Shown here piece by piece: positions 33,586 through 43,011 of a stretch of DNA of 64,000 bases. The stretch's first letter is position 1. Every line of letters starts with the position of its first letter. Position numbers and translations under genes: made by a program. The stretch lies in NCBI GenBank assembly GCA_020148045.1, contig JAHCRG010000006.1:9909-73908 (forward strand), in the 5' to 3' direction. The notes beneath the pieces are model-generated. The model was not told the origin of the DNA and ran no database searches. It saw nothing but the letters and a program-made list of their open reading frames with translations. This DNA is from Patescibacteria group bacterium. GTDB lineage: Bacteria > Patescibacteriota > Minisyncoccia > Minisyncoccales > GWA2-38-27.

Positions 33586-34302
33586 ATGGCAGAGCCATTG
33601 ATAAAATTAGAGAATGTCTGGAAAATTTACCAGTTAGGAGAGGTAGAACTTACTGTTTTAAGGGGAATAAGCCTGGAAGTATTTCCAGGTGCTTTTGTTA
33701 CAATAATGGGACCATCTGGTTCTGGGAAATCAACCCTTATGCATATTATCGGTTGTTTAGATGTTCCCACTAAAGGTGAGGTTTTTTTGGAAGGACAGGA
33801 TGTTGCAGAACTTTCTGAAGATGAGCTTGCCCAGATTAGAGGACAAAGAGTTGGTTTTGTTTTTCAGCAATTTAATTTGCTTCATAATCTTAATGCTCTT
33901 GAAAATGTAATGCTTCCAATGATTTTTCAAGGCGTCCCTGAAAATAAGAGAGTAGAGAGAGCAAAGAAATTACTCGCCTCTATAAATTTAGGAAAAAGAA
34001 TTTTCCATAGGCCTGGCGAGCTTTCTGGTGGAGAACGGCAAAGAGTTGCTATTGCCAGAGCTCTATCCAATGACCCTGAGATTATAGTTGCTGATGAGCC
34101 TACTGGGAACTTAGATTCTACTACTGGAAAGATGATTATGGAGATTTTAATTGACCTTCATAAAAAAGAAAAAAAGACCATTGTTGTTGTAACTCACGAT
34201 CCTCATATCGCAGGATACACTGAAGAGGTAATTAATATTAAGGATGGACAAATAGTTGCTAATCATAAAACAGCTGGAAAAGTTCTATGGGAAAAGCAAT
34301 AA
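33586..34302 (+). CDS. ABC transporter ATP-binding protein (MacB/LolD-like)
   Basis: The motifs GPSGSGKST, LSGGERQR and IIVADEPTGNLD are present. Confidence 0.9.
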   Translation: MAEPLIKLENVWKIYQLGEVELTVLRGISLEVFPGAFVTIMGPSGSGKSTLMHIIGCLDVPTKGEVFLEGQDVAELSEDELAQIRGQRVGFVFQQFNLLHNLNALENVMLPMIFQGVPENKRVERAKKLLASINLGKRIFHRPGELSGGERQRVAIARALSNDPEIIVADEPTGNLDSTTGKMIMEILIDLHKKEKKTIVVVTHDPHIAGYTEEVINIKDGQIVANHKTAGKVLWEKQ

Positions 34303-35507
34303 AAGAATATATCAAAATTGCTATAAGGAGTTTAAGAAAAAGGCGTTTAAGGAGCTGGTTAACTATGATTGGTGTTGTTATTGGTGTTTTTCTGATAATG
34401 TCGTTACTTTCTTTAAGTGAAGGAATAAAAACAGCAGTTATGACCCAGTTAAGGATGATGGGCAAGGATTTAATTATGATAATGCCTGGAGAGATTACTG
34501 ATATAGTAAGCATGATGGTCGGAGGATTAGAATTAACTGATGATGATATTAAAGCGATAGAAAAAGCGGAAGGAGTAGATATTGTTGTTCCTATGACCTA
34601 TAGGGGGGAGGCAATGAGATATCAAGGAGAAAAAAGAACAGTTTTATTATGCGGAATTCCCTTGGGAGAAAGCTTGGATATATTTAAAACTGATATGGGC
34701 TTTGAATTAGTAGAAGGACGTTGGCCAACTCCTGGAAAAAGAGAAATTTTCGTTGGTTTTTTAGTGCCCGAAGAAATTTTTCCCGGAATGAAAACAGGAA
34801 CTCAGATTACTCTCAAAGGAAAGCAGTTTGAAGTTGTCGGAGTATTAAAATCTGTAGGGAGCAAGCAAGACGACTCTCAGGTTTATATAGATTTAGATAT
34901 TTACCGAGAAATTACCGGAGAGAGAACAGGGGCTAAAATGGCTATGGCTAAAATTAAACCCGGTTATTCAGCCGACGAGGTAGTGGAAAACATAAAAGAA
35001 AATCTTGAAGAAAGCAGAAAGAGGAAACGGGGAGAAGACTTGCCATCTTATACAGTTATTAGCAGCGAGAAAATGACTGATATAGTTGGCAATGTAATGG
35101 GTTTGATACAAGTAGCAATTTTTGGGTTTGCCTCAATAGCCATTGTTGTTGGAGGAATAGGAATAATGAATACTATGTATACTTCAGTTCACGAAAGGAT
35201 TCGGGAAATTGGAATTATGAAAGCAGTTGGGGCGAGAAGGAAAACTATAATTGCTATCTTTTTAATTGAATCTGGTATGTTTGGTTTGGTTGGCGGATTG
35301 GGAGGGATAGTTTTAGGATTGGGATTGGCTAAAATGGTGGAAATTTATTGCCAAACCCAAAATCTCTTTCTATTAAAGGCTTCAATTAGTCCCCAACTTG
35401 TTCTTTTTGGCTTAACATTTTCTTTCTTAATTGGCTGTATCGCAGGATATTTACCAGCTCGTTCTGCTTCAAAGCTCAACCCGGTCGATGCCCTCCGTTA
35501 CGAGTAG
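34287..35507 (+). CDS. ABC transporter permease, FtsX/MacB-like
   Basis: A MacB periplasmic-domain architecture with a C-terminal FtsX-type four-TM region. Confidence 0.85.
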   Translation: MGKAIKEYIKIAIRSLRKRRLRSWLTMIGVVIGVFLIMSLLSLSEGIKTAVMTQLRMMGKDLIMIMPGEITDIVSMMVGGLELTDDDIKAIEKAEGVDIVVPMTYRGEAMRYQGEKRTVLLCGIPLGESLDIFKTDMGFELVEGRWPTPGKREIFVGFLVPEEIFPGMKTGTQITLKGKQFEVVGVLKSVGSKQDDSQVYIDLDIYREITGERTGAKMAMAKIKPGYSADEVVENIKENLEESRKRKRGEDLPSYTVISSEKMTDIVGNVMGLIQVAIFGFASIAIVVGGIGIMNTMYTSVHERIREIGIMKAVGARRKTIIAIFLIESGMFGLVGGLGGIVLGLGLAKMVEIYCQTQNLFLLKASISPQLVLFGLTFSFLIGCIAGYLPARSASKLNPVDALRYE

Positions 35508-35509
35508 GA

Positions 35510-35563
35510 GTTCGAGTCCTGTCCCCGGAGCAGGCTAGTGAGGCGTTCGGGAGACCGAGACGC
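35510..35563 (+). repeat. tRNA-3'-end-like repeat, copy A
   Basis: The sequence is ggagttcgagtcctgtccccggagcaggctagtgaggcgttcgggagaccgagacgc. GTTCGAGTCC...CCCCG resembles the T-loop/acceptor end of tRNA-Pro at 46053-46126. Confidence 0.8.
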
Positions 35564-35566
35564 GTC

Positions 35567-35592
35567 AAAAATCGCCACAATGGCGATTTTTT
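35567..35592 (+). terminator. intrinsic terminator (AAAATCGCC family)
   Basis: The sequence is aaaaatcgcc-acaat-ggcgatttttt. Confidence 0.8.
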
Positions 35593-35629
35593 GGTAGGAT
35601 GAAAGAAGATATTAATTATTATTAATATT

Positions 35630-36496
35630 ATGAAAGCAATCAATACAGCTATGGGTGTTGCTTATGTAAGAGCTACAGGAATGTTGTATCCGAAAGAAAA
35701 ACGACTTTTTGAAGATCCATTTTCTGAAAAATTATTGTCGCCTTTTTACAAATTTTTTATATTTCTCCAGCATTCATCTAAAATAAATGATGCCATTGTA
35801 AAATTGAAAGAAATGGGTTGGTTTTTTTGCCGCTTTCGTTATATAGATGACGTATTAAAAAATAGTATTGCAAAAAAGGATCTTGAATCAGTTGTCAACC
35901 TTGGTGCTGGAATGGACTGCCGGGCTTATTATGTTCCCGGTATAGAAAATATACGTTACTTTGAAGTGGATTATCCATCTATAATAAAAAAGAAAAAAGA
36001 AAAAATAAAGAAAATATTAGGAAAACTTCCAGATCACGTTGTTTATGTTCCTGTTGATTTTGAGAAGCAAAGTCTTGATACTGAATTAAAAAAAGCAGGA
36101 TACAATTTAATCTCTAAAACGCTTTTTATCTCGGAAGGAGTTACGCAATATATTTTAAAAGAAGCCAATGATAGTATATTAAAATATGTAGCACAGGCTG
36201 CTCCTGGCAGTAAAATTGTCTTTACCTATATTCTAAAAAGTTTCATTGAGGGTAAAAACCTCAGGGGGGCTACAGAAAAGAGCATGTATAAATGGCTGGT
36301 TAAAGGATTTAAGATGTTTATTTATGGCCTGGACCCAGCTGAAATGCGCGATTATCTTTCAAAATATAATCTTTCTCTTATTGAAGATATTGGAAGAGAG
36401 GAGGTTCAGGAACGTTATATGAAATTAGTAGACCTTGATTTAAAAGTATTTGAAATTGAAAGGATTGCTCTTGCTAGGGTTGTGAAAACGGATTAG
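35630..36496 (+). CDS. class I SAM-dependent methyltransferase (Leu carboxyl/O-methyltransferase-like)
   Basis: AYVRATG, FEDPFSEKLL and VVNLGAGMDCRAY are present. Confidence 0.7.
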   Translation: MKAINTAMGVAYVRATGMLYPKEKRLFEDPFSEKLLSPFYKFFIFLQHSSKINDAIVKLKEMGWFFCRFRYIDDVLKNSIAKKDLESVVNLGAGMDCRAYYVPGIENIRYFEVDYPSIIKKKKEKIKKILGKLPDHVVYVPVDFEKQSLDTELKKAGYNLISKTLFISEGVTQYILKEANDSILKYVAQAAPGSKIVFTYILKSFIEGKNLRGATEKSMYKWLVKGFKMFIYGLDPAEMRDYLSKYNLSLIEDIGREEVQERYMKLVDLDLKVFEIERIALARVVKTD

Positions 36497-36543
36497 AGTT
36501 TTTCAGAATAATTAATTCGACAACAGGAAACCCCTCCATAAAC

Positions 36544-36605
36544 CAAGTTCTAATATTGTACCATCCCCGGAGCAGGCTAGTGCTCGGTTCGAGAGACCGA
36601 GAGGC
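36544..36605 (+). repeat. tRNA-3'-end-like repeat, copy B
   Basis: The sequence is caagttctaatattgtaccatccccggagcaggctagtgctcggttcgagagaccgagaggc. The 3' part matches copy A and the 5' part matches copy C. Confidence 0.85.
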
Positions 36606-36609
36606 ATAG

Positions 36610-36634
36610 AAAATCGCCAATAAGGCGATTTTTT
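36610..36634 (+). terminator. intrinsic terminator (AAAATCGCC family)
   Basis: The sequence is aaaatcgcc-aataa-ggcgatttttt. Confidence 0.8.
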
Positions 36635-36648
36635 GATACAATTGATGT

Positions 36649-37509
36649 ATGGGTATTTTATCAGGATTATTAAGTATGTTTGGTTGGGGGACGTCAGATT
36701 TTTTAGCTGCTAAGTCCTCGCGAAAAGTTGGCTATCTCATAACTTACTTTTGGACACAACTTTTTGCTTTCTCTATTGCTTTTGTTTACCTTTTAATAAA
36801 ACTCCCAACACTTAATATAAATAATGTATTTCAGTTCCTCGTTTTTATTTTGCCTGCTGGATTTTTGTATATGGTGGGTACCTTATTTTTTTACAAGGGG
36901 TTTACAAAAGGACAGGTTTCGCTTGTTAGTCCGATAGGAGCTTCGTGGGCGATGATTACTGTCATTTTAAGTTTTGTATTTTTAAAAGAAGTTTTAAAAA
37001 CGAACCAAATAGCAGCTATTATTTTAATGATCATTGGTGTTGTGTTAGTTTCCATAAACTTAAAAGAATTGCTGAAAGTAAGAAAACTTGCTCTTCTTGG
37101 TGGGATAAAGGAAGGACTTATTGCTATGTTGGCTTGGGGATTTTCCTTATTCTTAATAGTTATTCCCAGTAAGACCTTTGGCTGGTTTCTTCCGGTATTC
37201 GGGTTAAAGTTATTTGGAATAATGTTCATAGTCATTTATGCAATGCTTATCAAGCAATCTCTTAAGGTAAAGCTTCAGTTGTCTCTTCTTGCTTTATTCT
37301 TCTTAGTTGGTTTTTCAGATATGGTAGCTTTCTTTGGCTACAGTTTTGGAGTAGAAGGGGAATATGCTTCAATCATTGCTCCTGTTGCTGCTTCCTTCCC
37401 ATTAGTGACCATCATATTAGCAAGGATATTCTTAAAAGAGAGAATAGTTTTAAATCAAGCTTTTGGAATAGTTGGAATCATAGCAGGACTAATTCTAATT
37501 TCTCTATAA
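36649..37509 (+). CDS. EamA/DMT family transporter
   Basis: Ten predicted TM helices in two EamA-like halves. The -10 box TGATACAAT ends 6 nt before the ATG. Confidence 0.8.
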   Translation: MGILSGLLSMFGWGTSDFLAAKSSRKVGYLITYFWTQLFAFSIAFVYLLIKLPTLNINNVFQFLVFILPAGFLYMVGTLFFYKGFTKGQVSLVSPIGASWAMITVILSFVFLKEVLKTNQIAAIILMIIGVVLVSINLKELLKVRKLALLGGIKEGLIAMLAWGFSLFLIVIPSKTFGWFLPVFGLKLFGIMFIVIYAMLIKQSLKVKLQLSLLALFFLVGFSDMVAFFGYSFGVEGEYASIIAPVAASFPLVTIILARIFLKERIVLNQAFGIVGIIAGLILISL

Positions 37510-37511
37510 GA

Positions 37512-37541
37512 CAGGTTCTAACATCGTCCATCCCCCGGAGC
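37512..37541 (+). repeat. tRNA-3'-end-like repeat, copy C (partial)
   Basis: The sequence is caggttctaacatcgtccatcccccggagc. Confidence 0.75.
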
Positions 37542-37719
37542 CATTTAGGGCTCATTATAACTTTTCAGGTTTTGTTTTTAGGATTTTTTTAGTATAATAA
37601 TAGAATATATTAATAAATTAGTTTTTACTTAATCAGGAGAAGGCCGGAATAGAATTTTAAACGAGGATAAAATAATTATTTCAAAAAAGGTCGACACTTT
37701 TTATTAAATAAATTATTCT

Positions 37720-38409
37720 ATGATAAAAAAATACCCATTTCTTATATTCGGTTTGCTAGTCGCTGTTTTATTAGTTAACCTTGTGGTGCTATTTAATGAG
37801 TTTTTGACACGAGATATGCTAGCTAAGATATTACCAGGGAAGCTAGGCAAAGGGAGTGTCTGTGCCACTATACAAGATGGTTTAATTTATACCCCTGATG
37901 GGGAGTTGATAAACACCGGCTACAGTGAGTGGGGGTATAACTACCAGGCGCATATGTTTAACGGCATGTATTGTGATTACCACCCAATGTACCGCCCCGG
38001 AGGTGCTTACTACGAGTGGTGTCAAGAGCATTATGGAGATGATAGATTGATGATGAAATGGAATGATCCCTGGTTGGCGAAAAAAGATTGTGACAGTGAT
38101 GATCTTTTAGACCGTCATTATGGATATGATAGTTATATTGGCTCTGGCGCCTGGTTGACAAACCATACAAGCGGTTTATATCAAGAGGGTGAGCAGTCCT
38201 GTTCCTGGAACTATTTTGTCAAGATTTTAGCCGTGCCCAGCGATGCCGAAAAGATAGATAATGTTTGGTATTTAGCTGATGGTACAGAATTAGGAGAGGT
38301 TATCTGGGGATCATTTGCTATAGTTGAAAGTATATACAACGATACCTGCACAGGCGAACACGGAGTTGAGTATCTAAGTCCGGCAGGTCCTGGTTTTGGC
38401 AAGTTTTGA
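37720..38409 (+). CDS. secreted/anchored hypothetical protein, W/Y/D-rich
   Basis: An N-terminal hydrophobic segment. The YYEWCQEH motif resembles RYEWCSNH in the 8801 protein. Confidence 0.5.
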   Translation: MIKKYPFLIFGLLVAVLLVNLVVLFNEFLTRDMLAKILPGKLGKGSVCATIQDGLIYTPDGELINTGYSEWGYNYQAHMFNGMYCDYHPMYRPGGAYYEWCQEHYGDDRLMMKWNDPWLAKKDCDSDDLLDRHYGYDSYIGSGAWLTNHTSGLYQEGEQSCSWNYFVKILAVPSDAEKIDNVWYLADGTELGEVIWGSFAIVESIYNDTCTGEHGVEYLSPAGPGFGKF

Positions 38410-38547
38410 TCTGCCTCCAATCTACTAATCTGAAATTATCTAATGTGGTTAGCAGCGAGAACCTCTTAAGTGTCCTGTTTTTTTAAATCAACCGCCAAGG
38501 CAGGATATTTAGCTAGTAGCTATTTGTTTTTTGCTGTTAGCTGAATT

Positions 38548-38569
38548 GTCGCCAAAAAGGCGGTTTTTT
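38548..38569 (+). terminator. intrinsic terminator (AAAATCGCC-related)
   Basis: The sequence is gtcgcc-aaaaa-ggcggtttttt. Confidence 0.7.
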
Positions 38570-38585
38570 GATATAATGAGATAAT

Positions 38586-38996
38586 ATGAGAAAGAAAAAA
38601 CTCATAAAAGTTATAGAACCGAATCCTAAACCTGTCCGTTTGTTCTTCTTTTGGGCAGGCATAACCGCTACTATCGCATACAGGATAATTATTATATTAA
38701 ACTGGTATAGTCCTTTATGGGTAAAAGTTGCTTGGTATATTGGTACTGTTGGCTTTGTTCTTTATTTTGGTCATCGTTTTAATATTGCCAGAAAAAGAGC
38801 AAACTTAGTTAAAGATTATAAATTGATTGAGACTGTAGATAAGGCTGATTGTATTAGTTCCCAAAAGAAGTTGGCTCTTCATTATTTGGTTAAAACTAGT
38901 TTGACCTCAAAATCGAGATGGAATTCAGCAGTTATTTTTATTCTTTCCGTTATAGCGCTGCTTGTAGGTATCTTCATAGATATTTATAGTGTTTGA
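38586..38996 (+). CDS. hypothetical membrane protein
   Basis: A 136-aa ORF with three hydrophobic helices. The -10 box TGATATAAT ends 8 nt before the ATG. Confidence 0.5.
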   Translation: MRKKKLIKVIEPNPKPVRLFFFWAGITATIAYRIIIILNWYSPLWVKVAWYIGTVGFVLYFGHRFNIARKRANLVKDYKLIETVDKADCISSQKKLALHYLVKTSLTSKSRWNSAVIFILSVIALLVGIFIDIYSV

Positions 38997-39065
38997 GTAA
39001 AACAGGTTGACATAGTATCTTGCTATTTGTTATACTAAAACCGACGAAATTAGTCGGTTTTTATT

Positions 39066-39470
39066 ATGAAAATCTCAAAGAAATCACAATATGGAGTTCG
39101 GGCAATGGTTTATTTGGCAAAGAATGCTCTGAAAGATAAAGTTTGTCCAATAAAAGAAATCTCTGAAAAAGAAGAGATTCCTTTTGATTTTTTAGAGAAG
39201 ATAATTTCAGAGTTAGAAAAAGCAGGTTTGGTAAAAGCTAAGAAAGGTGTTCAAGGGGGATATTTTTTGGCTAAAGAGCCAAAAAATATTACAGCAGGGG
39301 AGATTGTTAGGGTTTTGGAGAGCACGGTGCCAGTTAGTTGCGCAGGATGCCAAATGGCAAGAATATGTTCAGCGAAAAGTGTTTGGGAGAAAGTCCAGGA
39401 TTCTTTAGAATCCACTTTAGATTCTGTAACTTTAGCAGATTTAATTAAAAAAAATGGCAAGAAAAAATAA
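39066..39470 (+). CDS. Rrf2 family transcriptional regulator (IscR-like)
   Basis: The Rrf2 winged-helix N-terminus (KKSQYGVRAMVYLA) and a Cys cluster (VSCAGCQMARIC) are present. Confidence 0.85.
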   Translation: MKISKKSQYGVRAMVYLAKNALKDKVCPIKEISEKEEIPFDFLEKIISELEKAGLVKAKKGVQGGYFLAKEPKNITAGEIVRVLESTVPVSCAGCQMARICSAKSVWEKVQDSLESTLDSVTLADLIKKNGKKK

Positions 39471-40617
39471 AAAAATCTATTTTGATTACGCAGCTACAAC
39501 TCCAGTAGATCCTCGCGTGAAAAAAGTGGTGGAACCTTTTTTTATTGAAAAGTTTGGTAACACAATGTCTCTTCATAGCTTTGGCCAGGATGCTAAAATT
39601 GCTTTGGAAAAAAGCAGAGAAGCAGTGGCAAATCTAATAGGTGCTAAACCAAATGAAATAATTTTTACTGGTTCTGCAACTGAAAGTAATAATCTTGTTT
39701 TAAAGGGAATAGTTTTTGCGAATCGTAATAAAGGCCGCCACATCATTATTTCCCAAATTGAGCATCCTTGTATTATGGAAACAGCAAATTGGTTGGAGAA
39801 ACAAGGATTTAAAATAACCAGATTACCGGTTGATAAATATAGTTTAGTTAATCCTTTGGATGTTAAAAAGGCAATAAGAAAAGATACGATTTTAGTTTCA
39901 ATAATTCATGGTTCAAATGAGATTGGTACTATTCAGCCAATTGAGAAAATTGGAAAAATCTGCAAAGAAAAAGGAGTTTATTTCCACACTGATGCTGTCC
40001 AGAGTTTTGGAAAAATTCCTATTGATGTAATGAACATTGATTTATTGACAGCCAGCTCTCATAAAATGTATGGGCCAAAAGGAGCAGCTTGCTTATTTGT
40101 TAGGGAGGGAACTAAAATTGAGCCTCTTTTACACGGTGGGGGCCAAGAAATGGGTTTGAGGGGTTCAACAGTAAATGTGCCGGCAATTGTTGGTTTTGCT
40201 AAGGCCTGTGAGATTTGTAAAAAAGAAATGAAAAAAGAAAGCCAGAGATTAACTAAGTTAAGAGATAAATTGATAAAAAATGTTCTTAAAATAGAAAACT
40301 CTCATTTAAACGGTCACCCTACCAGAAGATTGCCAAATAATGCTAATTTCTGGTTTTCTTTTATTGAAGGGGAATCTTTAGTTACCCAACTTGATCTTTT
40401 AGGAGCTGCTGTTTCAACCGGCTCTGCCTGTTCTTCTGCAAAATTAGAACCAAGCCATATTCTTTTGGCAATCGGCTTAAAACCCCAGGAAGCTCACGGC
40501 TCTTTAAGGATTTCTTTGGGCAGATGGACAAAAGAAAAAGATATTGATTATTTAATCAAGGTATTGCCTGGGATAGTTAAGAAATTAAGAAAAATCTCAC
40601 CATTTAAACATGAATAA
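39454..40617 (+). CDS. nifS: cysteine desulfurase (NifS/IscS class)
   Basis: The PLP-Lys motif SSHKMYGPKG and the active-site motif GSACSS are present. Confidence 0.9.
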   Translation: MARKNKKIYFDYAATTPVDPRVKKVVEPFFIEKFGNTMSLHSFGQDAKIALEKSREAVANLIGAKPNEIIFTGSATESNNLVLKGIVFANRNKGRHIIISQIEHPCIMETANWLEKQGFKITRLPVDKYSLVNPLDVKKAIRKDTILVSIIHGSNEIGTIQPIEKIGKICKEKGVYFHTDAVQSFGKIPIDVMNIDLLTASSHKMYGPKGAACLFVREGTKIEPLLHGGGQEMGLRGSTVNVPAIVGFAKACEICKKEMKKESQRLTKLRDKLIKNVLKIENSHLNGHPTRRLPNNANFWFSFIEGESLVTQLDLLGAAVSTGSACSSAKLEPSHILLAIGLKPQEAHGSLRISLGRWTKEKDIDYLIKVLPGIVKKLRKISPFKHE

Positions 40618-41083
40618 ATCTGGTCCCTATTCAAAAAAAGTTATTGAGCATTTTTCAAGTCCTCATAATTACGGAAAAATAAAAAATCCTTCTGGCATTG
40701 GAAAAGTGGGGAACATCGTTTGCGGCGATGTCCTCTGGCTTTATATTAAAGTAGAGAAAGATAGAATTAAGGATATAAAGTATGAGACTTTTGGCTGCGT
40801 GGCTGCAATTAGCACCAGTAGTGTTGTTACTGATTTGGCGAAAGGAAAAATCCTGGAAGAGGCACTAAAGATTGACAGTAACAAAGTTGTAAAGTCATTA
40901 GGAGGATTGCCCTCTCTAAAATATCATTGTTCATTACTTGGTGTTGATGCTTTGTCTGAAGCAATTTATGATTATTTATTAAAGAATAAAAAAGAAATTC
41001 CAGAAGAACTTCAGAAAAGACACCAGAAAATAGAAAAAGAGAGAAAAGAAATAGAGAAAAGATATAAAAAATGGATGAAATAA
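40610..41083 (+). CDS. nifU: Fe-S cluster assembly scaffold (IscU/NifU N-terminal type)
   Basis: The three conserved Cys contexts VCGD, FGCVAAI and YHCSLL are present. Confidence 0.85.
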   Translation: MNKSGPYSKKVIEHFSSPHNYGKIKNPSGIGKVGNIVCGDVLWLYIKVEKDRIKDIKYETFGCVAAISTSSVVTDLAKGKILEEALKIDSNKVVKSLGGLPSLKYHCSLLGVDALSEAIYDYLLKNKKEIPEELQKRHQKIEKERKEIEKRYKKWMK

Positions 41084-41643
41084 AAAAATTAACCAGAAGT
41101 TTTTACGTAAGGCCAACTTTAGAGGTAGCCAAAGAACTTTTGGGTAAGTATATTGTTAGGAAAATTGGCAGAGAAAAACTGGTTGGGAAAATTATAGAAA
41201 CCGAAGCTTATATTGGTCCCCAAGATAAGGCCTCTCATGCTTTTGGAGGGAAAATAACGCCAAGAAACAGGGCTGAATATTTTGTCGGCGGCCATATTTA
41301 TATTTATTTGGTCTATGGAATGTACTGGCAAATGAATATTTCCACCAGCAAAAAGGAAAAGCCAGAGTGTGTGCTTATTCGTGCCATAGAACCTGAAGAA
41401 GGTGAAATTTCTTCAGCTAATGGACCAGGCAAGCTTTGCCGTTATTTAAAATTAGATAAGTCGTTTTATGGAGAGGATTTAACGAAAAGCAAAAGAATTT
41501 GGTTGGAAGATCGCGGCGAGAAAATTAAACCATCTCAAATCTTAGCAACAAAAAGAATTGGCATTGATTACGCCGGTTCCTACTGGTCCCACCGCAAATT
41601 GCGATTTTTAATAAAGGATTTTAAAAAATATTTAGTGAAATGA
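41071..41643 (+). CDS. mpg: DNA-3-methyladenine glycosylase (Mpg/AAG family)
   Basis: The motifs VAKELLGK, IIETEAYIGPQDKASHAF and YIYLVYGMYWQMN are present. Confidence 0.85.
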   Translation: MDEIKKLTRSFYVRPTLEVAKELLGKYIVRKIGREKLVGKIIETEAYIGPQDKASHAFGGKITPRNRAEYFVGGHIYIYLVYGMYWQMNISTSKKEKPECVLIRAIEPEEGEISSANGPGKLCRYLKLDKSFYGEDLTKSKRIWLEDRGEKIKPSQILATKRIGIDYAGSYWSHRKLRFLIKDFKKYLVK

Positions 41644-42686
41644 GAAAAAAAACTAAAAAAGTAATAATTGCTATATCTGGGGGTATTGATTCAAGTGTGG
41701 CAGCGGCTCTATTAAAAAGAGATGGTTTTGATGTTGTTGGAGTTTTTATGAAGTTATGGCCAAGTTTTGATGAAAAAAGAGCCAAAAGAGTAGCTAAGAA
41801 GTTAGGTATTCCTTTTTATGTCTTTAATTTTGAAAAAGAATTTAAAAAAAGAATTGTGGATTATTTTTTAAAAGAATATAAAAAAGGAAGAACTCCTAAT
41901 CCTTGCGTGGTTTGTAATAAAGAAATTAAGTTCGGCATTTTGCTAAACAAGGCATTATCTCTGGAAGCTGATTACGTTGCAACTGGGCACTACGTTAGAA
42001 GAAAGGGAAACAAACTATTAAAAGGCAAAGATAAAGAAAAGGATCAGTCATATTTTTTATGGCAATTGGACCAAAAAATATTGGGGAAAATTTTATTCCC
42101 AATTGGAGATTATACAAAGACTGAAGTTAGGGAATTAGCAAAGAAATTTAAATTGCCTGTTTTAGATATTCCAGAGTCCCAGGAAATTTGCTTTATTCAG
42201 ACGACTACAGTAGATTTTCTAAAAAAGCATCTTAAGCTGGAACCAGGCAAGATTATTGATAACAAAGGCAAGGTAATTGGACAACATCGAGGTTTGTGGT
42301 TTTATACTATTGGCCAGAGAAAGGGAATAGAACTTCCTAAGGGTCCTTTTTATGTATTAGATAAAGATTTAAAAAAGAATGTTTTAATCATCACTAAAAA
42401 CAAAAAGGACTTGTATAAAAAAGAACTAATTGCTAAAAATGTTAATTGGGTTTCAGACAAAGAGCCAAAAATGCCCTTGAAGGTGAAAGCAAGGATTCGT
42501 TATCGTCATAGCGAGGTTTCAGCTACTATTAAAAAACAAAAGAATGGTAGAATAAAAGTAGTTTTTTCCAGAGGCCAGAGAGCAGTCACCCCTGGCCAGT
42601 CAGTAGTTTTTTATAAAGGCCAGGAATTATTAGGCGGCGGCATTATTTCAAATTACCCTCAGACCAAATCGGTATTAAGGGCTTGA
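41640..42686 (+). CDS. mnmA: tRNA 2-thiouridine(34) synthase
   Basis: The PP-loop AISGGIDSS, NPCVVCN and the ATGHY pattern are present. Confidence 0.9.
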   Translation: MRKKTKKVIIAISGGIDSSVAAALLKRDGFDVVGVFMKLWPSFDEKRAKRVAKKLGIPFYVFNFEKEFKKRIVDYFLKEYKKGRTPNPCVVCNKEIKFGILLNKALSLEADYVATGHYVRRKGNKLLKGKDKEKDQSYFLWQLDQKILGKILFPIGDYTKTEVRELAKKFKLPVLDIPESQEICFIQTTTVDFLKKHLKLEPGKIIDNKGKVIGQHRGLWFYTIGQRKGIELPKGPFYVLDKDLKKNVLIITKNKKDLYKKELIAKNVNWVSDKEPKMPLKVKARIRYRHSEVSATIKKQKNGRIKVVFSRGQRAVTPGQSVVFYKGQELLGGGIISNYPQTKSVLRA

Positions 42687-42794
42687 CTATTGTTTTTGCT
42701 TAAATTAAGGTAAAATATATATAATAAAGGTGTGAATAACTTTATTAAACTCTTAAAGGTCGGTTTTAAAAATTGCTAACCAAAATATATTACT

Positions 42795-42953
42795 ATGCAA
42801 GGATATTGCGTTAAATGTAAAGCAAAAAGAGAAATACAAAATGAAAGAGAAGTAGCAATGAAAGGAAAAGGTAAGGTAAAAAGGAGAGCTCTCACCGGCA
42901 CTTGTCCAAATTGCGGCACCAAGATGTTCCGAATTTTAGGAAAGAAGGATTAG
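42795..42953 (+). CDS. 52-aa Zn-ribbon protein (DUF5679-like)
   Basis: My translation is MQGYCVKCKAKREIQNEREVAMKGKGKVKRRALTGTCPNCGTKMFRILGKKD. It is below the track cut-off. AAAGGTCGG lies 40 nt upstream, and a hairpin follows at 42973-42996. Confidence 0.55.
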   Translation: MQGYCVKCKAKREIQNEREVAMKGKGKVKRRALTGTCPNCGTKMFRILGKKD

Positions 42954-43011
42954 GGAGTTTCGTTTCGAACCACAGCCCCGTCTGCCGGGGCTGTTTAGTT
43001 AAAGAAGGTAG

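Noticed and set aside
35510-35535. A tRNA gene, suggested by the GTTCGAGTCC T-loop-like sequence.
   Set aside because: Only a 3'-end-like fragment is present. The upstream 50 nt are the permease coding sequence and no cloverleaf can be drawn. It is treated as an att-like relic.
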